Source of the DNA: a virus
Direction: 5' to 3' (one strand)
Length of the DNA: 64,000 nt
IMG/VR virus record: IMGVR_UViG_3300028569_000020
Coordinates: 1 to 64,000 of that record
Shown here in pieces: positions 4,782 to 15,300 of this stretch. The notes beneath the pieces were generated by a model that saw only the letters and a program-made list of their open reading frames with translations, was not told the origin of the DNA and ran no database searches. The position numbers were made by a program, and so were the translations under genes. Positions within the stretch are counted from its first letter, which is position 1. Each line of letters starts with the position of its first letter.

Positions 4782-4971
4782 ACTGTATATTATAACGATA
4801 TCGTGATGGTGCCGAGCGCCGAGCGAAAAGTCGTGGGTCCCTCCAACCTACAAACCTTTGAAAACGCTCAAGTGATTTCGAATACATATAAAAAAATTTC
4901 CGCCAGAAAAAACAGACAAAAAAACCTGAATGAAATAGATAGATATATAAGTTACCTCGCAGGTATTCTAA

Positions 4972-5226
4972 GTGAATAAAGAAGAATTATATAATATTGC
5001 TGATCAGGTAGGATTTACTGAATACTTGCTAGTAGCTCAAGAATTTGAAAGAGTAGAGTGCGAAAAAATTTGCAAATCATTTGCTATGAATGAGAAGCGA
5101 ATCGAGGTTGCTGCTGCATTAAATAGAGCAGCAGATTTAATTCGTTTACGTAGCGAGTTTGGAAACATCAATTTACCAGAAAGAAATACACCAAAAGATT
5201 TTATAACTTATATTGAGGATAAGTAG
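4972..5226 (+). CDS. Hypothetical protein
   Basis: ORF track; GTG start; AT-rich codon usage like the rest of the genome. Confidence 0.6.
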   Translation: MNKEELYNIADQVGFTEYLLVAQEFERVECEKICKSFAMNEKRIEVAAALNRAADLIRLRSEFGNINLPERNTPKDFITYIEDK

Positions 5227-5227
5227 A

Positions 5228-5554
5228 ATGAATAGTTACATTTTAAGAGCAGACAATCCTTCTAAACTATCGAATACCCTTTATGTGTATTACACTGGTG
5301 ATGGATGGGATACAAGTATGGAAAAAGTGATTTATTATTTTAAAAGAGAGGATGCTGAGGAGGCATTAAATTTAGTAAATAGTATTGCATTAAACATCAC
5401 CGTTGAAGAGGTCACTAAAGACGGTCCAAAGGTTGATGCAGTAGATGGTGATGATGATGGTTTGGTTGAGGACGGCACAGTATTTGAGCGCCCGATTGAA
5501 GTAAAAACAGTAAAGAAGAGAGCATATACTAAAAAGAAAGATATTAATAAATAA
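5228..5554 (+). CDS. Hypothetical protein with a DGDDDGLVEDGTVFERP acidic loop and a basic tail
   Basis: ATG at 5228 just after the upstream stop; DxDxDG loop is calcium-binding-like. Confidence 0.65.
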   Translation: MNSYILRADNPSKLSNTLYVYYTGDGWDTSMEKVIYYFKREDAEEALNLVNSIALNITVEEVTKDGPKVDAVDGDDDGLVEDGTVFERPIEVKTVKKRAYTKKKDINK

Positions 5555-5570
5555 TTCAAAAATCACCATT

Positions 5571-5729
5571 ATGAAATACGTTACCACAATTGAATATGAC
5601 GATGGAAATGACGAGTATATGTTACCGATACCTGAAGAGCTGTTAACAGCTTTAGGATGGGTTGAGGGTGATAATTTAAAATGGGAGTATGCAGACGATT
5701 CTATTTTGCTGAGTAAAACAAATGACTGA
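5571..5729 (+). CDS. AbrB/MazE/SpoVT-like DNA-binding protein, 52 aa
   Basis: MKYVTTIEYDDGNDEYMLPIPEELLTALGWVEGDNLKWEYADDSILLSKTND; the xIPxEx..LGW.EGD.L pattern fits the swapped-hairpin fold; missed by the ORF track. Confidence 0.7.
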   Translation: MKYVTTIEYDDGNDEYMLPIPEELLTALGWVEGDNLKWEYADDSILLSKTND

Positions 5730-6042
5730 ATTCGGATATAAGATTGTTGATAAAAATGGAAATATAGTAGAAGATAAGACGTTTGAAGATTTTGATTCAG
5801 TAGCAGACTATATGTTAGATGCAGCTGACAAGTGGTATTCTGGGTTACAGGATCCTAGTGATGTTATGAGTTTACAAAGAAGAGAAAATGGCACTGTAGT
5901 TTTTGAAGACACTAATAGTTTTGGAATTGAAAATGATGCACTTAGAAACCACGGATCAGAAGATACAGAAGTTGTTGATGTTACTGCAACAACAGGAGAA
6001 TCGGATTCAGTATTTGGAGAAACGTATAGCGAAGATTCCTGA
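5722..6042 (+). CDS. Acidic hypothetical protein
   Basis: ORF track. Confidence 0.6.
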   Translation: MTEFGYKIVDKNGNIVEDKTFEDFDSVADYMLDAADKWYSGLQDPSDVMSLQRRENGTVVFEDTNSFGIENDALRNHGSEDTEVVDVTATTGESDSVFGETYSEDS

Positions 6043-6193
6043 TCCGTTTTCAATTAGTTATAGACCACCTGGTGAAAACTATAAGAGTCTTCCCGATGCG
6101 TTAGATGCAGTATGCAATCGACTAAATAATTTGGAAGAAAAGACAAGAGAAGCGAAAGTATGCCACCAGCGTCTAGAATGCAAGACAAAGTAG
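5933..6193 (+). CDS. Coiled-coil hypothetical protein (YRPPG motif)
   Basis: ATG at 5933; heptad-like pattern; overlaps both neighbours. Confidence 0.55.
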   Translation: MMHLETTDQKIQKLLMLLQQQENRIQYLEKRIAKIPDPFSISYRPPGENYKSLPDALDAVCNRLNNLEEKTREAKVCHQRLECKTK

Positions 6194-6471
6194 CTACTGG
6201 GCATGGGTGTGATGTTACAACAACCATCCTTGAAGGGTCTCCTAACGTCATTATAGAAGGTCTTGGCGCTGCATATCAAGGTGCTGCATTAACACCTCAT
6301 ACTATTACAAATCCAGCGCCATTACCAGCGCCACCGTGTATACCACACACAGCAAAAGTTAATGTTGGTAGTAGCACAGTAAAGGTAAATGGAAAAGCTT
6401 TAGCACGAGTTGGTGATTCTGCAGATGCTGGTAGCATTATAGCTGGCGCAAAGAAAGTATTAGCAAAATGA
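6160..6471 (+). CDS. PAAR-domain baseplate spike tip (T4 gp5.4-like)
   Basis: PASRMQD...GHGC...GSPNV; GSSTVKVNGKALARVGD repeats. Confidence 0.9.
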   Translation: MPPASRMQDKVATGHGCDVTTTILEGSPNVIIEGLGAAYQGAALTPHTITNPAPLPAPPCIPHTAKVNVGSSTVKVNGKALARVGDSADAGSIIAGAKKVLAK

Positions 6472-6854
6472 AAGAAGTAGAAATTCATATAAATGAATGG
6501 ATTGAGAAAATTTCTAAGTTGCAATCAGAATTAAATGGTTTTTCGATTTTCCCGTATGCAAAATCTGCGAAATATACTATCATTCATTGTAGAGTAGAAG
6601 ATATTATACCAGTTGAAGATTACGACGTTGTTTTTTATGTTGTTGAAGATTATCTAGATTTGCAATCTATTCAATATTGGGTAAACTTTTACAATGAATT
6701 GTATACTCAATACATATTTTTGGAAGACCATGCAGATTATGACACTTATATCAATAATATTCAAACAAACAATGGTAAGTATAATTTAATTTTAATGCAA
6801 GATTTACAGAAATTACGAAATCGGGATAGCAACCCCGTAAAAAGTTCTGTTTAA
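6468..6854 (+). CDS. Hypothetical protein, possibly truncated at the C-terminus
   Basis: ORF track; ATGA-type overlap with PAAR; the last codons run through a small hairpin element. Confidence 0.65.
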   Translation: MKEVEIHINEWIEKISKLQSELNGFSIFPYAKSAKYTIIHCRVEDIIPVEDYDVVFYVVEDYLDLQSIQYWVNFYNELYTQYIFLEDHADYDTYINNIQTNNGKYNLILMQDLQKLRNRDSNPVKSSV

Positions 6855-6872
6855 CTTTTACGAGAAAAACAG

Positions 6873-7070
6873 ATGGCAAAAAAACAGATTCCTGACAACG
6901 TACCTTCGATGATGTCTGAAGATTTTGGCACCACAGTATTAATTACTGATCCAAGGTCTGACGCTTTACTAGAAAGATCACGCAAAATGAAATATATGAA
7001 ACCTCCGAATCGTTTAGAAAAATGGTGTGGTGGCAAAGGTGGCTTCGATGATTATGCCGAGTGGTTATAA
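6873..7070 (+). CDS. Small hypothetical protein upstream of gp25
   Basis: ORF track. Confidence 0.7.
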   Translation: MAKKQIPDNVPSMMSEDFGTTVLITDPRSDALLERSRKMKYMKPPNRLEKWCGGKGGFDDYAEWL

Positions 7071-7094
7071 TCGCGTCTCCGTCATATATGTGTG

Positions 7095-7101
7095 ATAAAT
7101 A
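7095..7101 (+). promoter_or_regulatory. T4-type late promoter (ATAAATA)
   Basis: Located 24 nt upstream of gp25. Confidence 0.6.
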
Positions 7102-7124
7102 TAGTAGACTTATAGTGGTATTTA

Positions 7125-7523
7125 ATGTCCACATTTCAAACTTTTAAAGATATAAGTGTAGCATTTGGTGCTCACCCAAACACAAAAGATTTAGTTGTGG
7201 TTAAAAACGAAACTGCTATTAAAAACGCCTTACAAAATTTAATTTTGACAAAAAGAGGCGAAAGACCTTTTAATTCAAATTTAGGTAGTAGAGTAACTGA
7301 GTTACTTTTTGATTTACTAGATTATGGTACTGCTGCTTCTATAAGAGACGAAATTATTTTATTAGTTAATGATTATGAGCCTCGTGTAAATCTATTAGAT
7401 GTTATTGTCACACCCGATGATAGTAACAATGCTTTTGAAGTTTATATAGAATTTGAAATTATTGGTAGAGAAATTGAAGGGGCACCTACGTCAACAGAAT
7501 TTCTTTTAAAGAGAACGAGATAA
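7125..7523 (+). CDS. gp25: Baseplate wedge subunit gp25
   Basis: AIKNALQNLILTKRGERPFNSNLGS and YEPRV motifs; synteny. Confidence 0.95.
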   Translation: MSTFQTFKDISVAFGAHPNTKDLVVVKNETAIKNALQNLILTKRGERPFNSNLGSRVTELLFDLLDYGTAASIRDEIILLVNDYEPRVNLLDVIVTPDDSNNAFEVYIEFEIIGREIEGAPTSTEFLLKRTR

Positions 7524-7526
7524 TCA

Positions 7527-9338
7527 ATGCCATATTCGCAGTTAAATCAATTAGATTTTAACAATATAAAAAATTCGCTCAAAGAGTATTTGAGAGCGAA
7601 TTCAGAATTTAGCGACTATGATTTTGAAGGTAGTGCTTTAAGTAACTTATTGGATATTTTAGCTTATAATACTTATTATACTGCATTCAATACAAACATG
7701 GTAGCAAACGAGATGTTTCTCGATTCTGCTACACTAAGAGATAATGTTGTTGCAATCGCCAAGCAATTAGGATATAGACCAAAATCTGCTACTGCATCAC
7801 AAGCAACGTTAAGTTTGAAACTTAATTATACTTCACCAAACAAACCAAACACTGCGATTATACGTAGAGGTAAGGCATTTACATCATTTTTTGATAATTC
7901 AGTATATCAGTATTCATTATTAGATGATGTAAGAACACCAGTTAATAATGGAGTTGCATTTTTTGAAAACGTGACCGTTTATTCTGGCACTATTGTTACT
8001 GATTACCATACAGTGCAGTCAGTATTAAGAAATCAAAAGTTTCTATTAAAAAATCAAAATATTGATACTACTACTATTAGAATAAAAATATTTAAATCTT
8101 TTCAATCTTCATCGTTTGAGTTATATGATTATGTAGAAAATATTTTAAATGTAAATCCAAATAGTAGAGTTTTCTTTCTAACCGAAATTGAAGATGAAAA
8201 TTACGAAATTAAATTTGGCGATGGCGTATTTGGAAGAAAATTACTGGATGGTGAATATATAGAAATTTCATATCTGACTACTTCAGGACCAGAAACAAAT
8301 GGCGCAAGAGTATTTTCTTTTAATGGAGTAGTAGAAGATTTAGAAACTACAAATAACAGTTTAAATGCATATAGTATCAGTCTTGGAGAAATTATTCTTA
8401 TTTCCGCTTCTTCTGGTGGGGAATATTCAGAAAATTTAGAAAGAATTAAGTTTAATGCGGCAAAAAATTACGCAACTCAAGATAGAGCAGTAACAAGTGA
8501 AGATTACAAAGCAATTGTGCGCAATTTATATCCATCTGTAGCGGATATTACAGCCTTTGGCGGTGAAGAAGATGATCCACCCGAGTATGGCGTGGTTAAA
8601 ATTGTAATCAAACCAAAATATTCTACTACGTTGTCTTCATTTACTAAAAATGATCTAGAAAAGAAGCTGAAAAAGTATTCGGTTGCTTCGGTAACTCCAA
8701 AAATTGTAGATCCTTCAATATTATATGTTGAATTAACTTCTAGAGTATTCTACGATACAAACAAAACTACATATAAACCCGATAAAATTCTTTCATCTGT
8801 TATTAAAAATATTGAAGATTATATTGTTTTGTCGGATACAGAAAAATTTGATGGTAAATTTAGATATAGTAAATTTGTCGGTGTGATTGATGATGCAGAA
8901 ACATCTATCAAATCAAACTTAACTACCATTATGTTAAGAAAAGATTTTTATCCAGCAATTAACTCTAAATTTTATTATGAAATTTGTTACAAAAATCCAT
9001 TTTTAATCGATGACTTACCTGTAATAAGTAGTAGTGGATTTATTGTAAGAGAATTTTCTCAATATACTGTTTATATTGAAGATAGACAAGGTAAAATGAT
9101 ACTTTACAGATTAGATAGTATTACAGGTGAAAAAATTGTCATGAATCCTAATCTAGGTAGTGTTGATTATGCAAAAGGTGAAATAATGATGAATAATCTG
9201 ATTATATTGAAAGGATCGTTTCCTGATGAAAAAATAGAAATTAGAGTAAAACCAGCTTTAAACGATATTGTATCTTCCAGAGAAATGTTTCTGGATGTTG
9301 ATATTACTAACAGCAAATTCACTATTATTCAAGAGTAA
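7527..9338 (+). CDS. gp6: Baseplate wedge subunit gp6
   Basis: FSDYDFEGSALSNLLDILAYNTYY, FGDGVFG and QDRAVTSEDY motifs. Confidence 0.95.
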   Translation: MPYSQLNQLDFNNIKNSLKEYLRANSEFSDYDFEGSALSNLLDILAYNTYYTAFNTNMVANEMFLDSATLRDNVVAIAKQLGYRPKSATASQATLSLKLNYTSPNKPNTAIIRRGKAFTSFFDNSVYQYSLLDDVRTPVNNGVAFFENVTVYSGTIVTDYHTVQSVLRNQKFLLKNQNIDTTTIRIKIFKSFQSSSFELYDYVENILNVNPNSRVFFLTEIEDENYEIKFGDGVFGRKLLDGEYIEISYLTTSGPETNGARVFSFNGVVEDLETTNNSLNAYSISLGEIILISASSGGEYSENLERIKFNAAKNYATQDRAVTSEDYKAIVRNLYPSVADITAFGGEEDDPPEYGVVKIVIKPKYSTTLSSFTKNDLEKKLKKYSVASVTPKIVDPSILYVELTSRVFYDTNKTTYKPDKILSSVIKNIEDYIVLSDTEKFDGKFRYSKFVGVIDDAETSIKSNLTTIMLRKDFYPAINSKFYYEICYKNPFLIDDLPVISSSGFIVREFSQYTVYIEDRQGKMILYRLDSITGEKIVMNPNLGSVDYAKGEIMMNNLIILKGSFPDEKIEIRVKPALNDIVSSREMFLDVDITNSKFTIIQE

Positions 9339-9342
9339 TTAG

Positions 9343-12300
9343 ATGGCAACCATTCAAAAAAGAATTTCCACACTAGTTAATCAACAACTACCCGAATTTA
9401 TTTCAGGTGAATATCCAAAATTTGCTTCGTTCTTGCAAAAATATTATGAGCAATTAGAATTAACTGGACAACCACTTGATATTATTCAAAATTTAACAAA
9501 ATATAATGATATCGATACTTATGAAAAAGATATATTATCAGAATATACTACATTAACATCAAATATTTCTGCTACTGCGTCTACAATCCAAGTAGCAGAT
9601 ACATATGCATTTCCAGAAACAAATGGATATGTAATGATTAATGATGAGATTATTTTTTATGCTTCAAAAACATCTACTTCTTTTTTAAATTGTAAAAGAA
9701 ATCTTAGTGGCACAACTAAGTTGGGCGATTTGTATAACGCTTCTGTTTATAAAACAGTAACAACACACGATCTAACTACAGGATTTCAACATCTAGTTGG
9801 CGAGCAAGCTTTTAATATTAGTAATTTGTTTTTATATGCTTTCGTAAAAAATTATGAATCTGAATATCTAGCATCTTTTCCAGAAGAATCATTAAAACCA
9901 GAAGTAGATAAAAGAACTTTAATCAAAAACATCAAACAATTCTATAGAGCAAAAGGAACAGACCAATCTATTGAATTTATTTTCAATTCTATAGTTGCAC
10001 AAGATTCTTCTGATATTCCATCAATTTATTATCCAAAAGATAATACTCTTAAGACTTCTACTTCAAATTGGATTAATAAGTATGCGTTAAAAGTAAAAAT
10101 TATTTCACAAATTGACCCAAATGACACTCCGTTACTTATTGGACAAAAGTTAATTCAAGAAGAAGATATTTACAATCCAAAAGTTAAAAATAATTTTGGA
10201 GTTATTGATAATGTGGTATTTGTTGGTAACTATGATGGAGAAAGCATATATGAAATAGTAATATCACCAAATAGTGTTGTTGGAGAATTTCAAGTTGCGC
10301 AAAAATCTTTTCTAACAAAACGACTTTTGCCTGGTGACACAAATAATAGTAGAATTAATGTATTTTCTACTACTGGTTGGAAAAATACACAAGGAAAACT
10401 TTTAATCGGTAACGAAATTTTTACATTTAAAGATAAAACAGTAAACCAATTTGAGATTGAGACAAGAGGAGGAAATGGAGATTATCCAATTAATACTCCA
10501 GTTTATAACTATGCTTCATTGAGCACTGAGGCAATTATTAACGGCGTTTCACGAAAAATTAAATTTTTAGCATTGGGTGTTTTATATAACATTAACGTTT
10601 CTTCTGGAGTGCCGTTTTCAAGTGAAGGAGATGTTGTGCAAATTGGTGATTCTGGGTTTGAGACCAGAAATCCAATAATTTACAACAAAACTTTATCTTC
10701 TGTTAGATGGAAATTGAATAATAGTGTATCTACTAGTAATATCAGTGGATTGAATAATGTATTAACCGATGTAGCAGCAATATATGAAGACGAGCAATAT
10801 TATTACATTGCTTCATCAGGATATCCTTCATATAATATTGGAAATTTTACAAATATTAGTTTAAAGGATCAAAAACACTTAAAATTAATTAAAAAGCATC
10901 CAACAAGAACAACAGAAATATACAAATCTAGCACAAGAGATGTAGGAGTATTTTTAAATGGTGTAGTTGCTTATGGATATAAAGATTATGATACAATTTA
11001 TGATTCTAATAATAATATTGTAGATAATGATATTGTTTACGGTGGAGTTGTTTCGGTTGATGTTATTAATAAAGGAAAAGGATATCTAACGCCACCATAT
11101 GTTTTAATTTCTGGTGATAAAGGAGCGATAGCAAAAGCAATTTTATCTGGTGAAGTATTAGATAGAATTGAAATTATTTCTTCTGGAGAAAAATATGAAT
11201 CAAATCCACAAATAACTATTACTTCAGGTAGAGGAGCACAGGTTAGTGCTGTGGTAACACTAGACAAAGTAACTAAGTTAGTGATTGATAATCCAGGAGA
11301 ATATTATTCTTCTCCTCCAACAATCATTATTAGTGATGCTATAAACAGAGGTAAGCTTGCTGAATATAAGGCAGTTATATCCACAGATGGAAAATTAATT
11401 GATACTATCAAAATAAGTGAAGGTAAATTTTATTCACAAGAAAATATTAAAATTTTTGTAGTTTCTGTGGGCACAGATGCAACTGCAAATGCTTTTGTAA
11501 AAAGATGGAAAATTAATAGATTTGAAAAATTGAAAAATGTATTGGATTCTAATTATGGATACTATTTCGAAAATATTGAAAAATCATTCGGTAATGGATA
11601 TGCTCATTTGGGGAGTCCAGTAGAATTAAGAAATCAATTAGGAGATACAACTTCAAATGAACATTCGCCAATTTTAGGATATGCATATGATGGAAATCCA
11701 ATCTATGGACCATATGCATATTTTAATCCTTTAGACCCATCTTCTAATATAAAACGGATGGCAACCAGCTATCGTTTAAAAACAGATAGAATTAACGGTC
11801 CAGCAATTTCGGCGTATTCTTTAGGATATTTTATAGAAGATTACAGATATCAACATAGATTTGGAGATTTGGATGATAATAACGGAAGATATTGTATAAC
11901 CCCCGATTATCCCAATGGTGTTTATGCATATTTTATTACTATAAATCAAAGCAATATTCCTGTATTCCCTTATATTATTGGAGACACTTATTATGCAATT
12001 CCAGTAGAATCAAACTATGCAAATAAAATTCAACATACGAATTTGCCTTCTAATACTAAAAGATTGAGAACTGCATTAATGCCAAAAAATGGCGTCAATG
12101 CTCAAACAATTATTGAAACTACAAAAGAAGGAAATGTAACATCATCGATAATAGAATCTTCAAATAATATTTTTTCTGTTGGATCTTCTATTATAATAGA
12201 TAATTCAAATACAGGGGGTAATGAGGTATCAGCTGAAGTTTCTTCAATAAAAGGAGAAACTATTGCATCTATAGAATCAAATCAAACTAAAGCAATTTTA

Positions 12301-15300
12301 ATTGAGTCTAAAAAACCAGTATATTTTTTCAATAGATCAATTATAACACAGGATGGCACAAATGCTTCTGGAGAAGTAGTTGGTGATATTTTTTCATCTA
12401 ATAACTTCGTATTGCGAAATACTACAGGTGTTTTTAATACAGTTAGCAAATTAAATTCCAATATTACTGTATTGAATCTAATTGTAGATACAGAATCGTT
12501 TTATACTAAAGATGCAATAATTAAATTTACTAATGGCAAAGAAGTAACAGTAATTAGTATTCAGAGCGGATTTTTAAAAGTAGCATCCAATCCGTTTATA
12601 AATGGAGACGCAATTGTTTTTCCACAAACAATAAATGGAATTCTAGCAAATACCATATACTATGTTACAAACTCTTCTTCCAATCAATTTAAAATTTCTA
12701 CCACTCAAACTGGCGCTCCATTAATTCTTCAAGATTTTTCTTCTTTTGGTGTTGTTGCATCTAGTGAGATTGCAAGGGGAGAAATTTTAGAGACAGTTTC
12801 TGGTGGTAATACAGTAAGAGTAAAAGTAACAGATGGAAATTTTATAGTAAGTCCACTATATTATTTAAAAACAAGTAAGATTGATGACACAGTTGGAAGT
12901 AGAGTGTTTAAAATAGACGAATTAAGTAAAAATGTTGAAATTAACTCCATAAATCAACAAATAGCTTTAGTTAATACTAACAGCGAACACAAATTAACAG
13001 AAAATGATAGTGTAATCATTGATATTAATCCAAACGACGCAATTACTACTACTAATTACTATGTTAGAAAAAGAATTTATCAAACGGTAAAACTTGTCGC
13101 ACCTTCAAGTACAACATTTATATCAGACAACGGTATCGGAGTAATTAAAAGATTAAATGGTGGAAAGGATTATGCTAATGCTGGTAGTGCCGTATATTCT
13201 AATGTAGAATTAGTATTTGCCGATCAAGCAAGATTAAGAAATAAAAATGGCATCGTAGTATCTTCTAATGCTTTTATTGGATCTACAGGAGCACCAGGAA
13301 ACGCTAGAGCAAACATTACAGTTACTAATGGTGTTGTATCAGAAAATGGAGTTAGTATAGTTGGTAAGGGCAGTGGGTATCAGATAGGAGATATTCTCAC
13401 TGTATCTAATACTGATTTACAAAGATTATCAGGATCCTTGAGTCAATCTTTCTTATATTTGGAAGTTACTCATGTTGGATTAGGGAAAACACAAACAAAG
13501 TTAATTGTTGACAGTGCTTTTGGTATTTCTAATGGTGATGTATTAAAAATAAACAACGAATTAATTTTAGTCAATTCAATTTTAAACAATGTAATTACTG
13601 TTACTAGAGGAATTCAAAATACAACAGCAACTAATCATTTTATAAATTCTCCTGTATCATTAAATAATGCTAGGTATAATTTTATTGTTGGAAATCGGAT
13701 TGGGACATCATCTGGAGATGCAATTATTAATTATTATGATTCGCAAAGCCAAGAATTAACGGTAATTTTTGATATAAATCAAAATTTAGAATCTATTAAT
13801 CAATTAACATTTACTACAAATTTTTCTGATACTAGTAGTCCAACAAAAGTAGTTAAGATAGATTCCGTAGTAAAGAAAGCAAATTATAAATTTGAATTTT
13901 CTAAATTTAATTCTACTGGTCCTTGGATTAAAAATCCAATAATAGATATTCAGCAATATTATAAGTATAAATTTATAACTAACGATTCTTCTTTATCTGG
14001 ATCTTTTCTAGAATTTTCGCCAAGCAATAATAAAAATATAATCACTACAGAAGTCATAAAAGGATCATTCCTGCCAGGATCTGGATCTGAATCCAATTCA
14101 TTTATTTCTGTAAAATTTGGTTTCGGAGATGCATCTCCTCTCAATAATTACACACAGAAGAAAAATTTAGATTTCAATAATTATTTTTATTACGATAAAG
14201 CAGGAATAGTAGATTCTGAAAATAGTTACTTGTCTGTTATCAATGACCCTTTACAGGGAGAAAAGACAGTATCTTATGTATCTTCAAATTCGTTTGCCTA
14301 TAATTTAGACAGATTGCCAGAATATGACGCTACTGGCACTTATAATTATACTACTACGTCTATTTCTGCAATTGGTGTAATTAATAACCTACGTATCACG
14401 AATACTGGAAGAGCATATAAAAAATTACCAACAATTTATGGATCGCAAGTTTCTCCAATTTTTGAATGTATACCAAATGTAAATTTCGACAGTGAAACTG
14501 GAAAAATTTTATCGGTTAGTGTAAATATTTCTGGCAGCGGATATTCTAAACCAGCCGCATTTTTATTAAATGAAAAAAATTCTCCTGAATTTCAAATTGT
14601 TAAAGGAGTAGGTGGTAAAATAGTTGCTATTTTAATAAAAGATAATAATATTACATTTAGTAAAAAACCAATAATGTTTATTATTGAAACTGACATAGTT
14701 GGATATCTAGGAAGTAATACTATTGGTATTCCAAAAAATATTAAAATTGATTATAATGGATCTAATTATTATGACGATTATTCAATATTACCCGATTACA
14801 AATCCCATCAAATTTTACAAATTTCAAATTTCGTCGAAAATTGTTTTTTGAATGGAGAAATAGTAAAGCAATTTGAAAATAATTTCTTAATTGCAGAAGG
14901 AAGAATTGCAGTGGATGGATATAGAAATAAAATTAATATTTTAAAATTAACTGATGTTAAAGGAGAGTTTAAACAAAATCTTTTAATTATTGGACAATCA
15001 AAGAAGAATACCGCATTAATTTCTGATGTTTTTTACAGTGTATTATCACCAGAAATTAAATCATATTATGATAATGCAGGATATTACGACACAGATAGCG
15101 GAAAATTATCAACCGCAGATCAGAAGCTTACAGATGCATATTTTTATCAAGATTATTCATATGTAGTCAAATCAAAATCTCCTATTAATATTTGGAAAAA
15201 ACTTGTAGAGCAAACAGTACACCCATCTGGGTTTAAAATGTTTGGTGAAGTGTTGATTAATGCTACAGCATCAACACAAATGCCAGAAAAGCAAAAGATT

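Noticed and set aside
4779-4979. 66-aa ORF with a TTG start
   Set aside because: It starts at the base of a hairpin, has no RBS and spans the composition boundary; more likely non-coding
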